Origin: Balamuthia mandrillaris
Taxonomy: Eukaryota
Assembly: GCA_031835245.2 (NCBI GenBank)
Contig: JAVKOQ020000092.1
Span: 1 to 64,000 of the forward strand
Reading direction: 5' to 3'
Length of the DNA stretch: 64,000 nucleotides
Under the pieces are notes generated by a model. It was not told the origin of the DNA. It ran no database searches and saw only the letters and a list, made by a program, of their open reading frames with translations. Made by a program: the position numbers and the translations under genes. Positions 49,742-60,030 of the stretch are shown here, piece by piece. The stretch's first letter is position 1. Each line of letters begins with the position of its first letter.

Positions 49742-50148
49742 CTCTCCCTTGTCTTGGCTTTTCCTTTTTTTTTTGTCTTCTGGGTTGTTTTTCGTGTCGT
49801 CGTGAAGAGAGGCAAGCTCTCTCACGTCCCTTCCCTTAGATTTTGCAGGTGAAAATAGTCCTCTCTTCTGTCCATATGGATTTAAATTTCCTGGAATATC
49901 GATTGATATGGAAAGGAGAAAGGACGTGAGATAGATGAGGAGAGCGGTCATGCCAGGCGTGCGCCAACATCATGAAGGCTTCGAGAGGGACAAGGGAACA
50001 TCTGCGACGATGTATTGCGTTTACTATTCTGCAAGCCTCTCCGATGCTTTATCTTGGATCGTGTTTTTTGATAGCTTCTCCCGTGTCCACTTATTTTTAT
50101 ATTAATTGAATAATTGCACAGCTGTAATGCAAATACAGAGAAGAAAGA

Positions 50149-51431
50149 ATGAGAACAGACAGGTGCTATGGTTTGTCAAAACTCTTCTCTGGAAGTACAC
50201 CGTGGTGTTGGGGCCGGTTTTCCGTTCTTGTGAAAGATGCTTTCCTGGCTGTCTCTTTATGTACTCTCTGTTGGGCGCTATTCTTTCTGCCTTCCGTTAC
50301 ATCTTATGGTTATCTCCTGCCTGCCGTTTGTTTCTTACCTGTGGTTTCTTTTTCTTCCCCTGAGTTGCTTCAAACTTACTCTCCTTCTTCTTTTCTATTC
50401 ATGCAAAGCCATTCTCGAAAATTCTCTCACCCGGCTGAACTTCACCGAAGACACCGCCAACTTCACTCTCTCCATGACGAGCACTTCCTCTTCTTCCATC
50501 CGTCTCTCCTTCTTCTCCCTCTCCGAGATCAACCCTACCTCCACCGACAACCAAATGGTCGTGCAGAAGGTCGCCTTTCCTGCAGACCCCTCGGCCTATC
50601 TCTTCACCAGCAGGACCCAACAGAAGGGCGACGTCACCGTGCAACTCCTCCAGCTGCAGTTCTCTCTCCCGGTGACCTCTACCACCACAAACGAGACCAC
50701 CTCGGCGGCGGTGGTGCTCTCCCACTGGTTGATGGGAGAAACCTCCGTTGGCTCTTCCTCCTCGTGGAGCACCGAATTTGGAAGGCGCTCCCTCCAAGTT
50801 GCTGCCCAGGAGGCCAAGTTTGAGGTGCAGCTCTCTGGATGGCCGTTCGAGTCCCAGACTAATATGCTGGCATTGGAGGTGGGGTTTGCCTCAGCTTTGG
50901 AAGAGCAGCCATTTACCTCTCGCTCGTTCGTCGCTAATGGTGAGTATTCTTTGTTTGACCTTGTTGTTGGAATAATTCTCTTCTTTAACAAACCGAAATA
51001 ATAAAGAAACAGCACAAGGCGAACAAATACTGACCCTGCAACGAGACGATGACATCCAATTCGTGGCTCGCCTATTGGACTTTGTGATGGTGGATGACAT
51101 TACTTCCAAATTCATCTCCACCAACTTCGAGGAGACCACCAACAGGCTGACCTTTTACTTTCCGTACTTCAGCGCTGATGATGGAGAAGTCCTGCTCTAC
51201 GACCCTACTTTCAAGGTAGCCTTTGCTGAGGATGATGAGGAAGAGGACAAGGAGATTGATTGGGAGAAAAACGTTTTGCCTGCCGTCTTGGTACCCATCG
51301 CCGTGGTACTCTTCCTGGCTGCTATAGGATGTATCTTCTGGGCTAAAAGATGGCACCGCCAGAGGCAGACAGAGAAACGACCCTACGATGTGGACTACAT
51401 TCGAAGTCTTCATGGAGACACCGAGGAATAA
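50149..51431 (+). CDS. Type I membrane/surface protein with beta-sandwich region (resembles amoebozoan ComC-type 'supersandwich')
   Basis: 'KFEVQLSGWPFESQTNMLAL', 'FPYF...LLYDPTF', C-terminal TM; 2 introns; start uncertain. Confidence 0.55.
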
Positions 51432-51437
51432 ATCAGA

Positions 51438-51488
51438 TTAGGTTAAGGTTAGGGTTTAAGGCTAGGTTAGGGTTTAGGGTTAGGGTTA
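51438..51488 (+). repeat. Degenerate interstitial telomere-like (TTAGGG) repeats
   Basis: ttaggttaaggttagggtttaaggctaggttagggtttagggttagggtta. Confidence 0.8.
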
Positions 51489-51605
51489 AAATTTGTCGAC
51501 ATTTGCATCATGTCGTCCCAGTAAAATGTATTGTCGATATTTAATTTATAAGGACGACATGAGTGTAGATGGTTGAGAGAAGAACGGAGAAAAGAGAAGA
51601 AGAGG

Positions 51606-54038
51606 ATGGGCGACAAACCGAGTCTTCACGGGATGGCTGAGGAAGAAGTGGCGGAAGAAGAAGAAGCAGAAGCGGATGAAGGAGAAGAAAGAGACAACTT
51701 GATGGGACTTGGAGGTCCAGGAACGGACGTGAGTGCCACAGCGACCGCTGCAAGTGGTGACGCTGCTCTCCGATCCCTAAGGCACATCGAAAAACCCGCA
51801 AAAGAAGGAGATCCGCAAGAGGAACTGCATGCAGCGCCAATAGAGCACGCTCTTTTATCTTCTCCCTCTCCTTCGTCCTCTGCTTCTTCCTCTGCTTCGC
51901 TTTTTGCTGCCAACAACAGCACTTTTACCACCCTCTCTCCCTCGTTCTCCCTTTCTCCAACGCTCTCCTCCACCGCTGCCTCTTTCTTGCCTCCTCCACA
52001 CTACCTTCCCCCGACCTCATCGTCCTCAGCGACAACAACAACAAACCACTCAATACGACTCTACTCGTCCTCTTCTTCCCCTGCTCTGACCTCAGTCTCA
52101 GCTTCTTCTGACTTATCACCCTCCATCCAGCCACAACAACCGCCACAACAGCTGCCACACTCTGCTCCTCCCCTTTCTCACTCAGCTGCTTCCGTGACGC
52201 CAGCGTTGGTGGCGGCTGACAAATATCCTACTACGGCCTCTAGAGCACACTCCACCACCACTGCACCAACGACGAGCTTCTATGCTTCTCCTTCTTTATC
52301 TTCTCAGGTAGAATTTTATGCTCTCTCTCTCTCTCTCTCTCTCACCCTCTCTCACTCTCACTCTCACTCTCACTCCTTTCTCTCTGTCTCTCTCTGTCTG
52401 TCTCTCTGGTGTTTATTTCTCTTCTCTTCTTCACCCATAACGCATTCTTTGAACAACAGCAAGCAATACCAAGCGTGCCGCTCTCTATGTTTCCTGTTCA
52501 CAAGGCAAACAACCACCTGACAACTAACTCCACTGGCACTAGAGCGTTCTCGCTTTCTCCTTCTTTAGCTCCTCATGCTCCATTTGTATATACTCACCCC
52601 TATCATCGCCATCAGCCCATTCATCCATATCCACCATCACCACTGCCACCTGCACCATCAACTTCAGCGACCATTATATCGCCACAACAACGTCTTCATT
52701 CTTCTGTTATTCACTCTTCTCCGTTGCCGTCATCATCTTTTTCTGCTTCTTCCTGTTCTTCTATCCCTTCTCCCTCTTCCTCTTCCTCTTCCTCCTCTTC
52801 CTCTACTTCCCTGTCTTCTTTCTTGTCTTCGTCATCATATGAAACACAGAAAATAGAAAACGAACAACCACTGGAAGCACAAAGAGAATCCGAGAACGTA
52901 AGTTTAAAACGGAGGGCCAGCGCAGAGAATGCAGCTGACGGTGATAGTGAACCCGAAGATGAAGAAGGAGAAGAAGATGGAAGAGAGGAAAGAGAAGGAA
53001 ACAGAGAAACTACTCGCGAATTTCTTTTTCGCATGGGTGAAAGAATAGGAAAGAACAAAGAGGAGGTGATGCCTTTCGTTCTGAAATTAGAAGCTGAGTG
53101 GCTGTTGTACAGTAGGCAGCTCAAATCGCTCAGCGAAGAGTCGCTGTTGCGGTTGGGTTTGCCTCTAGGACTCATTGCTGAAATGAAAAAGTGTCTTCAT
53201 CCTACGCCGGTGCCACCCAACTTTCTTAAGTTCAAGGTTAGTTTTGCGCTCTTTCTTATCGTTTCTTTCTTTTTTTTTCCACCGTTTGTTTTTAATATTT
53301 GTTTGCCTTTCTTTGATGTTTGGTTTAAACGTTCTTCACAGTGGGAATACAAAGATAAGAACAAAGGAGGAGGTGGACGGAAGCGAAAAACTCTTTCTCT
53401 CAATGAATGGGCAGCTAAAGTGGAACGTTTTGCCAAAGAGACTAATCACAGCGTAACTCCTTTTTATGTGCCGTCCGTCTATCAAGTAGAGTGCTTTTGC
53501 TGTGGCTCTGCTGTTAACATGAATAAGCCTGGTATGGTTATTATCCTTCTCCTTCTCGTCTTCTAGAAATTTGTTATAAACATGCCCGTGCAACCCATAA
53601 AAAGGACAACTATATTATTTGAAACGGCACGTACAAGGCGTGCAACCTGATAGGCCAAGCAATCATTCCAAAAACTATCAGCAGTGGCTGAAACAATATA
53701 GCCAACAAGGTTTCAGGCAAAGCAGAGTACGTTCCTACCAACTGACTGATTTTATCTTATACGCGCTGAACTTTCATTATCAGTTCAAAAAAAGGCGGAC
53801 AGACCAAAACCAAGTCCCTATGATATACCATATTTCTAATCCTTCTTATATATCTTATTCATCTTCTGCTTCATCTTCCTCAACTTGTCCTGTCTCCCAC
53901 GACGCAACTTCACTCACTCTTCCGCCATCAAGCGCTGACGATTTTGGTGAACAAGCCAACAAAACTTCAGAAAACGAACCATTGACAACTGCATCCACCC
54001 CTTTGCAACCAAACACAACCGAAGCTAATGCAAGCTGA
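51606..54038 (+). CDS. Ser/Pro-rich putative nuclear protein with SAM-like helical domain and Cys/His zinc-finger-like motif
   Basis: 'LKSLSEESLLRLGLPLGL'; basic 'GRKRK'; 'ECFCCG...KRHV...NHSK'; several introns. Confidence 0.55.
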
Positions 54039-54039
54039 A

Positions 54040-54351
54040 CCCGACGACGTGCGCGACGAAGCGGCCAAGGAGCTGATCATGGCCTTCGCCTCCAACGGGG
54101 CCAAGATGAAGAAGCAGGGCAAGAAGTACAGGTTCTTAGTGGAGGTCGCAAGATCTCCAAGTGTGGAAGCTGTGGCCTGACGGCAAACAGAGACGTCCAT
54201 GCGGCCAGGAACATCCTCCTAAGAGTCGTGGAGCCCTCAACAGGGGGCACAGAAGCGACATTGGGGCTTACCCCCTTTCACCACAACAACGTAGTGGATG
54301 CAAGACTTGTGCAAGTTTGGCCAGGGTTGTTAAGTTTTGTACAAGTTTAAT
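54040..54351 (+). mobile_element. Internally deleted Fanzor2/TnpB-like element remnant with putative omegaRNA / right end
   Basis: 'PDDVRDEAAKELIMAFASNGAKMKKQGKKYRF' (54040-54135) joined in another frame to 'GGRKISKCGSCGLTANRDVHAARNILLR' (to 54224), followed by a hairpin-rich tail. Confidence 0.8.
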
Positions 54352-54413
54352 AGTAGGAGAAGATAATGCAAGTTACCAGCTTCATGCGCTTTTATTTTCC
54401 TCCCTTCAGAAAC

Positions 54414-55733
54414 CTACTTATTTATTCTATATTTATCTAGAGCTTGATTCATTGCAGCCTCTTCTCTGGCGTTCTTCGCTTCCGCTTCCGTCGTGGCTGC
54501 TCCGCTAAACTTTCTGAAGAATGATCCTTCCGACCTGACCACAGGTTTTTCTTCTCTTCTCTCTGCTCCTTGTTCTGCTCCGTCTTTTTCATTTCCGCTG
54601 ATCTTATATTTGGCTAGCACATCTTCTTGCTTTCCCTTGTCATCCGCTATAACAGTCCCTTGAAACGCATCGTAGAATTGTTTCTCAAAATTGGTTCTTC
54701 TCGGGCTTACGAGTGCTTTAAACGCAGGAGCTGTTGATGAAGTTGAAGGAGATGAAGCAGGGTCCTTCCTTGGTGCTCCTGTCCAACCTTTTTCGAGGCT
54801 CGCTTTGCGTTGATGCTGCTTTAGCTGTTGTTGTTGCAGTTCTACTTCTTCCTTCTCTGTCTTCTGGTTTTTCTCTCCCGCTTTCTCCTTGTTGTTCTCG
54901 TCTGCTTTTGGAGTGGACCCACTCGCGCTTCGACTTTTGATTCCACTTCCACTATCCCAACTCTTTCTTCTTTCCTCCTTCTTATTGTTCTTTGCATCTT
55001 CATTGCCACCAGAGTCTCCTTCCTCTTCCACCGGTTCCACTCGCCCATATCTCGCGAACAACTCGAGCTCCTCTCCAGCGGAAGCTTCTTGCTCCTTCTT
55101 CATCGGTTGTGCCGAAGCGTAATGCCTGAACAAGACGGTGCCCGATATTTCCTTCTCAGCCGCCTCCTGGCGACGACACACCTCCTCCTGCTTCTTTTGC
55201 TCCTCTTCTCTTCTCATCTTTTGCTGCCAATGCTTTTGCTCTTCTTCGATAGAAGGAGCCACGTACTTGGCCAACATTTGCGTTTCATCGCCGCTGGCGT
55301 CCACCATGCGCATAGGCTGAGCGGAGGCGTAGTGCCTAAACGCAGCTGTACCAGCGGATACTTCCTTCTGCGCATCTTCTTTGGCACGCGGCGGGGCCGG
55401 TTTGTTATCTGTTCTTCTATCTTTTTGGTTGAGTTCTGAAGCAGTTTCATTCAGTTTGTACTTGGAGAAGATCTGCTTTTCTTTGCCGCCAGAGTCACTC
55501 TTTGAGGCCGGTTGGCCGGAGGCATACTTGCGAAACAGCTGAGTGCCTTCAAACCCGGAAGAGAGAGAGGCGTCCCCAACGGGCGTGGCTTTGTAGCGAG
55601 CGAGCGAAAACTCTTCCTCCTCCTGCTTCCTTCTGGCGGCAAGAAGCGATTGAACGTGCGCTTCGTTCTTGGTTTCTCCTTTGGCGGCAAGTATTCTTGC
55701 TAGACGCTCTTCTTCTTTCGATATCTGTGCCAT
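54414..55733 (-). CDS. Hypothetical charged protein with internal bipartite repeats (intronless)
   Basis: Long ORF with repeats 'LFR(K/H)YAS(G/A)QP' alternating with '(L/F)(A/S)(K/R)Y'. Confidence 0.7.
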   Translation of the reverse strand: MAQISKEEERLARILAAKGETKNEAHVQSLLAARRKQEEEEFSLARYKATPVGDASLSSGFEGTQLFRKYASGQPASKSDSGGKEKQIFSKYKLNETASELNQKDRRTDNKPAPPRAKEDAQKEVSAGTAAFRHYASAQPMRMVDASGDETQMLAKYVAPSIEEEQKHWQQKMRREEEQKKQEEVCRRQEAAEKEISGTVLFRHYASAQPMKKEQEASAGEELELFARYGRVEPVEEEGDSGGNEDAKNNKKEERRKSWDSGSGIKSRSASGSTPKADENNKEKAGEKNQKTEKEEVELQQQQLKQHQRKASLEKGWTGAPRKDPASSPSTSSTAPAFKALVSPRRTNFEKQFYDAFQGTVIADDKGKQEDVLAKYKISGNEKDGAEQGAERREEKPVVRSEGSFFRKFSGAATTEAEAKNAREEAAMNQALDKYRINK

Positions 55734-55882
55734 TTGTTTGCTGTTTGCCTTTGTTTCTTCCCTTTGCCTTTGTTTCGTTGTGAGGCAAAACTTCTTTGTC
55801 GTTGAAACGGCACTTTTTTTTCCTAATTGGTGCTGTGAGACAGGAATCAAAGCGGAGCAAAACAAGCAAGCAGCATCGCGGG

Positions 55883-56011
55883 CTGCTGACCACCGGAAAG
55901 GAAGAGCGGAAAACGCCCCGGCAGCACCTCAGTCAAGGGGCACAGGACCTACAACCAGGCCGTGGAGTTCCATCGTGAACATATAGGAATGGCTCTTAAG
56001 GAGACGAACCC
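55883..56011 (+). mobile_element. Probable degenerate N-terminal fragment of a Fanzor2/TnpB ORF
   Basis: 'LLTTGKEERKTPRQH' then, frameshifted, 'RTYNQAVEF...LKET', resembling the TnpB/OrfB N-terminal 'PTxEQ...R(W)TYN' region. Confidence 0.45.
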
Positions 56012-56025
56012 AAACAGCTGCGAAG

Positions 56026-56073
56026 AAGTTTGCTTTGGTGCCGGCACCCTTGCCTATAGCGAGTAGTCAGATG
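56026..56073. repeat. 48-nt dispersed repeat, copy B
   Basis: 43/48 identical to 2836-2883. Confidence 0.85.
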
Positions 56074-56141
56074 GAGCCGTTTTTAGGCCACGCCGGAGGT
56101 GGGTTATTTTTTTTTTGTGTTGTATGTTATTTTATTGTTTG

Positions 56142-58896
56142 TCATTCCGCCGCCTTAGTAAAGGCGCCGCCACACAGTAACAAGTTACGCCGTGTGAACT
56201 TGACGCAGTAGACGGGTGTCTTCTTCGTTGGGAATGTTTTAAGTAGTTCCGTGGTTGTCCCTCCACTGATCGCGATGATGGAGAGAGTGGGCATTAGTCG
56301 TCAACAAAAGGAGCAAAATAATGTAATGGGGTGAAGTTACCGTTCTTTCTTTTTTCTCTTTGTCTTTTTCTTGGCAGGCGTTTTGCTGCTGGTGGAGGCA
56401 CTGCCGCTAGTGCTAGCAGTGCTGCCGCTGTGCTTCTTTCCGCCGCTATCTGCGGAGACGCCTCTGGCCTTGTTGATGTCCCATAGCATTACCGTCTGGT
56501 CTGCGGAGCCGGAGGCCAGCAGGCTGCCCTCTGCGCTAAAGTCCAAAGACCATACGGTGCCTTCATGTTGAGAGCCCAATGTCTTTAGCTTCTTGCCCGA
56601 TGCCAAGTCCCACAGTATTATCGAGCGGTCTTCACCTTTTTTCTTTTGTGAGCAAAATGAAGATAGAATTACTGAAAAGAAAGGGAGGAGAGAACCCGCA
56701 GAAGCAAGGATTCTGCCATCAGGTGAGAAGGCAAGGGCGTAGATAGGACCGTAGTGGCCAGTAAAGATTCGCACGCAGGCGCCGCTGTTGACCTCCCAAA
56801 GCCTGATGGACTTATCGCTACTGCCCGTGGCAACATAATTACAATTTGGATGGAACTTCACGCACTATAGTTCATGATAAACAACGCTGTTTTAATAAAT
56901 AAATTGAGAGAGAGAGCGAGGAGAGAAGATACGTACATCAACATCGGACAAATGACCAGCAAAAATACGAAGAGGAAATATTTGATCAGTTGCCCAAAGC
57001 CGTGCAGTACGATCGTGGCTGGCTGTCGCAAAGTAATAGCCAAGCGGGCTGAATTGCACATCCCACACCGGATAGTTATGTCCTCTATAGTACACTACGT
57101 TTGTCCGTGTTTCCATGCTCCATAGACGTGCTAAGGAGGTGAATAGATAATTACAACGTCAGAAAATAAGAAAGCAAAAGTGGCGAGGAGACAATACCTG
57201 TGTTATCTTCGGAGGCAGATATCAAAAAGTTGTTGTCGGGGCTGAAAGAGCAAGCATAAACTGGACCTGAGTGGCCAAGCAAAGGAACGTAGTCCGTGGT
57301 TCGACCTCTGATCTTGCTACGTCCACCAGTGCTTGAGCTGCTGGATTCTCCGAATATGCGGGAATGATCTTTCTTCAAGTCCCACAGTTTTATGGACGAA
57401 TCCGCAAACCCTCCCGCTACCAGTGATCCTTCTTTATTTATTTCTATGCAATTTAGGCTGTATGTAGAATGGAAAGAGAAAACGAGAAGAATAACGGATT
57501 TGCATTAGCAAATGACGAAAGGAATGCAAGGAGGGGAACGTACCTCTGATGTGTGTTCAAGAAAGTGAAAAAACAGATAGAGGGAAGAGCTGTGCTAGTC
57601 AAGTTGACCCGCTTGCGAATGTCTTCCAGTATTTGAAGCTCCACGCTTTCGTTCCTGTTCACAAGATTTCAAGGCAACAACAGCGCATCAGTAGAAATGG
57701 AAGACATGAGATTGAAAAGGGTACATACAGAGTAGGCAAAGGTATTTGAGAAGTTATAGTTTTTACGGCTGGTTTCTGTTGTGGAGCAACCTCCACTTTA
57801 GCCTTTTTGGAAGCCTTCTCCTCCTCAGCTGCCTTGTCCTCTGGTGCGGCAGTGGGGGCGGGCGTGCCGTCCTTTGTGGAGGGCAAGTACTCGTGCACCC
57901 GGTCTTGCAAAAGCCCCCATTGCACCTTCTTTTTGTTCATATTTTTCAATTCCTCCTCCGTCGCGCCTGTTATTGCTATGTAGTCTTGCTCCGCATATTC
58001 ATCCGGCTCTCCACTAAATACTGGTAAGAAGAGATGATGTATAATGATGGGGCAAGAAAGGTTGCATCGTTCATGTCAGGAATAGAAAGCAGCAGCAGAA
58101 GAAGCAAAGCAACCACGAACCATTGACGTTAAGATATTGGTTGACGATGCCAAGAAGCAGCATGAAGCTGGCCTGTTGCAGGAACCCTATCAACAGCTCA
58201 TAGCTGTAATTACAGAGCTTCACGTTGTACTTGAACGTGCGAAACTTGCGAACGAGGTCGTTCTCTTCCAGCTGGCCTGGCGTGGTCACGCTCTGAAACC
58301 TTACCAGCTCATCGGCGTGTAACTCCATGTGTTCGTGTTGATGGTCTCGCATGAACTCTTTGGCTGCACAGGTTTGCCGTTTTATTTCATTGCAGAGCAA
58401 AGGCAGCATGAGCAAATGAAAGAAGCAAGAGGAGAGAAAGCAAGAAGCGGAGCCTTCCTCCTACCTTCATCTAGCATTCCTTTTTCAACCATGTTGAGAT
58501 AGCAGTGCACAAAGATAGGATAAAGAGTGGCCACCAGCTCGTTCTGACACGATCCAAAAGTGTTAATCAACCATAACAACAACCACAAAAGAACAAAGAG
58601 GCCAGCGTGAATGACACCTTGTAGCGGTCCAAGGAGGCATAAATCCACTCTCGCAAGTGAGTGTAGCTGTCCTCGTAACGAGAGAGCAACGACTCAAAGT
58701 GGTTGTAGGCTCTGATGTAGTTGCTGGCGCACACGTCCTTGTCCAACGTTCCCTCAAAGGCCATCTGCTCGCGCGACACCTCCGTCTCCATCTTGCTTTC
58801 CTGCTTGAATATGGCCTCCGCCTGCCTGTATCCTTTCAACTTGAGGTAGTTCAGCACTGCGGCGTCCATCTCCTTGGCTTTGCGAGCGTCCTCCAT
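56142..58896 (-). CDS. TAF5: TFIID subunit 5 (LisH, NTD2, WD40)
   Basis: '[11 protein letters not shown]', '[10 protein letters not shown]', '[11 protein letters not shown]', 'GHSGPVY', '[32 protein letters not shown]', '[14 protein letters not shown]'. Confidence 0.95.
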
Positions 58897-59217
58897 GATG
58901 GCCACACACACACGCACCGCACTGTGCCGCTTTTCTTCTTTCTTTCAATTTTGTTTGAGGAGTGATCATATTTCACCATGTCGTCCTGGTTTTCTCATTT
59001 TCTTTGCGTCGACACGGATCTCTAATGTCGTCCTGAAATCTCTCCGTCGACAGGAAAAGCCAGGTATCCATAGTAACTGTAGCAACAGTCCTACACCTGT
59101 TGTCATAACAACATTGATTAACTGTCGACAAGAATTAATGACGTCACGAAAGCATACCAAAAAAATAACACAAAGGGGGAGGCGAGAGATAGGGAGAAGA
59201 AAAAAGAGCCAAAAAAA

Positions 59218-59573
59218 ATGTCGTCTCAAAGCGGAGTGAAATGCATTGTGTGTGGGCGAGGCAGCAGCGCCGCGCAGGCCCTTCAACGGTGTGCTGGATG
59301 CAAGGCCGTCCACTACTGCAACAGGGAGGAGCAGAAGCAGCACTGGTCCGACCACAAGTCGCTCTGCAAGCTGTTGGCGGAGAGCAACGAGGCGGGCTTT
59401 GCCAAGCGCGTCCTGAAGGAAGGCGACGGCACCAGCTTCCCTAAGGAGGGCGCCAAGGTCACCGTCCACTACGTCGGCACGCTGCTGGACGGCACCGAGT
59501 TTGACTCGTCTCGCCGCAAGGAGCGTCCTTTCAAGTTTGACTTGGGACAAGGACAGGTCATTCGCGGTTTGTT

Positions 59574-59610
<37 letters not shown>

Positions 59611-59741
59611 CTCCATTTGACTCTGTTTTAAATACTTTGTGTCAGGCTGGGATGAGGGAGTGGCAACTATGAGTTTAGGAGAGCGCTCGCAGCTCGTTTT
59701 GCACCCTTCCTATGGCTATGGAAGCTCCGGTGTTTCCATGT

Positions 59742-59772
<31 letters not shown>

Positions 59773-59904
59773 GCTTCTTCTCTCTCCCTCTCGTTCTTCG
59801 CTAGCTAGCTAAGCCTAAACCAAACCGATTGTACTTAACACAACAGCATTCCACCAAACGCGTACCTTGTATTCGACGTGGAGCTGCTTGAGTTCAGCAA
59901 GTAA
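59218..59904 (+). CDS. MYND zinc finger fused to FKBP-type peptidyl-prolyl isomerase
   Basis: 'CIVC...RCAGCKAVHYCNREEQKQHWSDHKSLC' plus 'VTVHYVGTLLDGTEFDSSR', 'GWDEGV', 'IPPNAYLVFDVELL'. Confidence 0.92.
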
Positions 59905-60030
59905 CCTTTTTTTCTTTTTCAGTTGTTTTGTAACCTTTCGAAAGCAAAGACAACAACAAAAAAAGGTTATCCCATCTTTTTCGTTAAAAAAGAAACACGC
60001 CCTCGCGTGTTCCTCCAACTTTCTAGCGCA

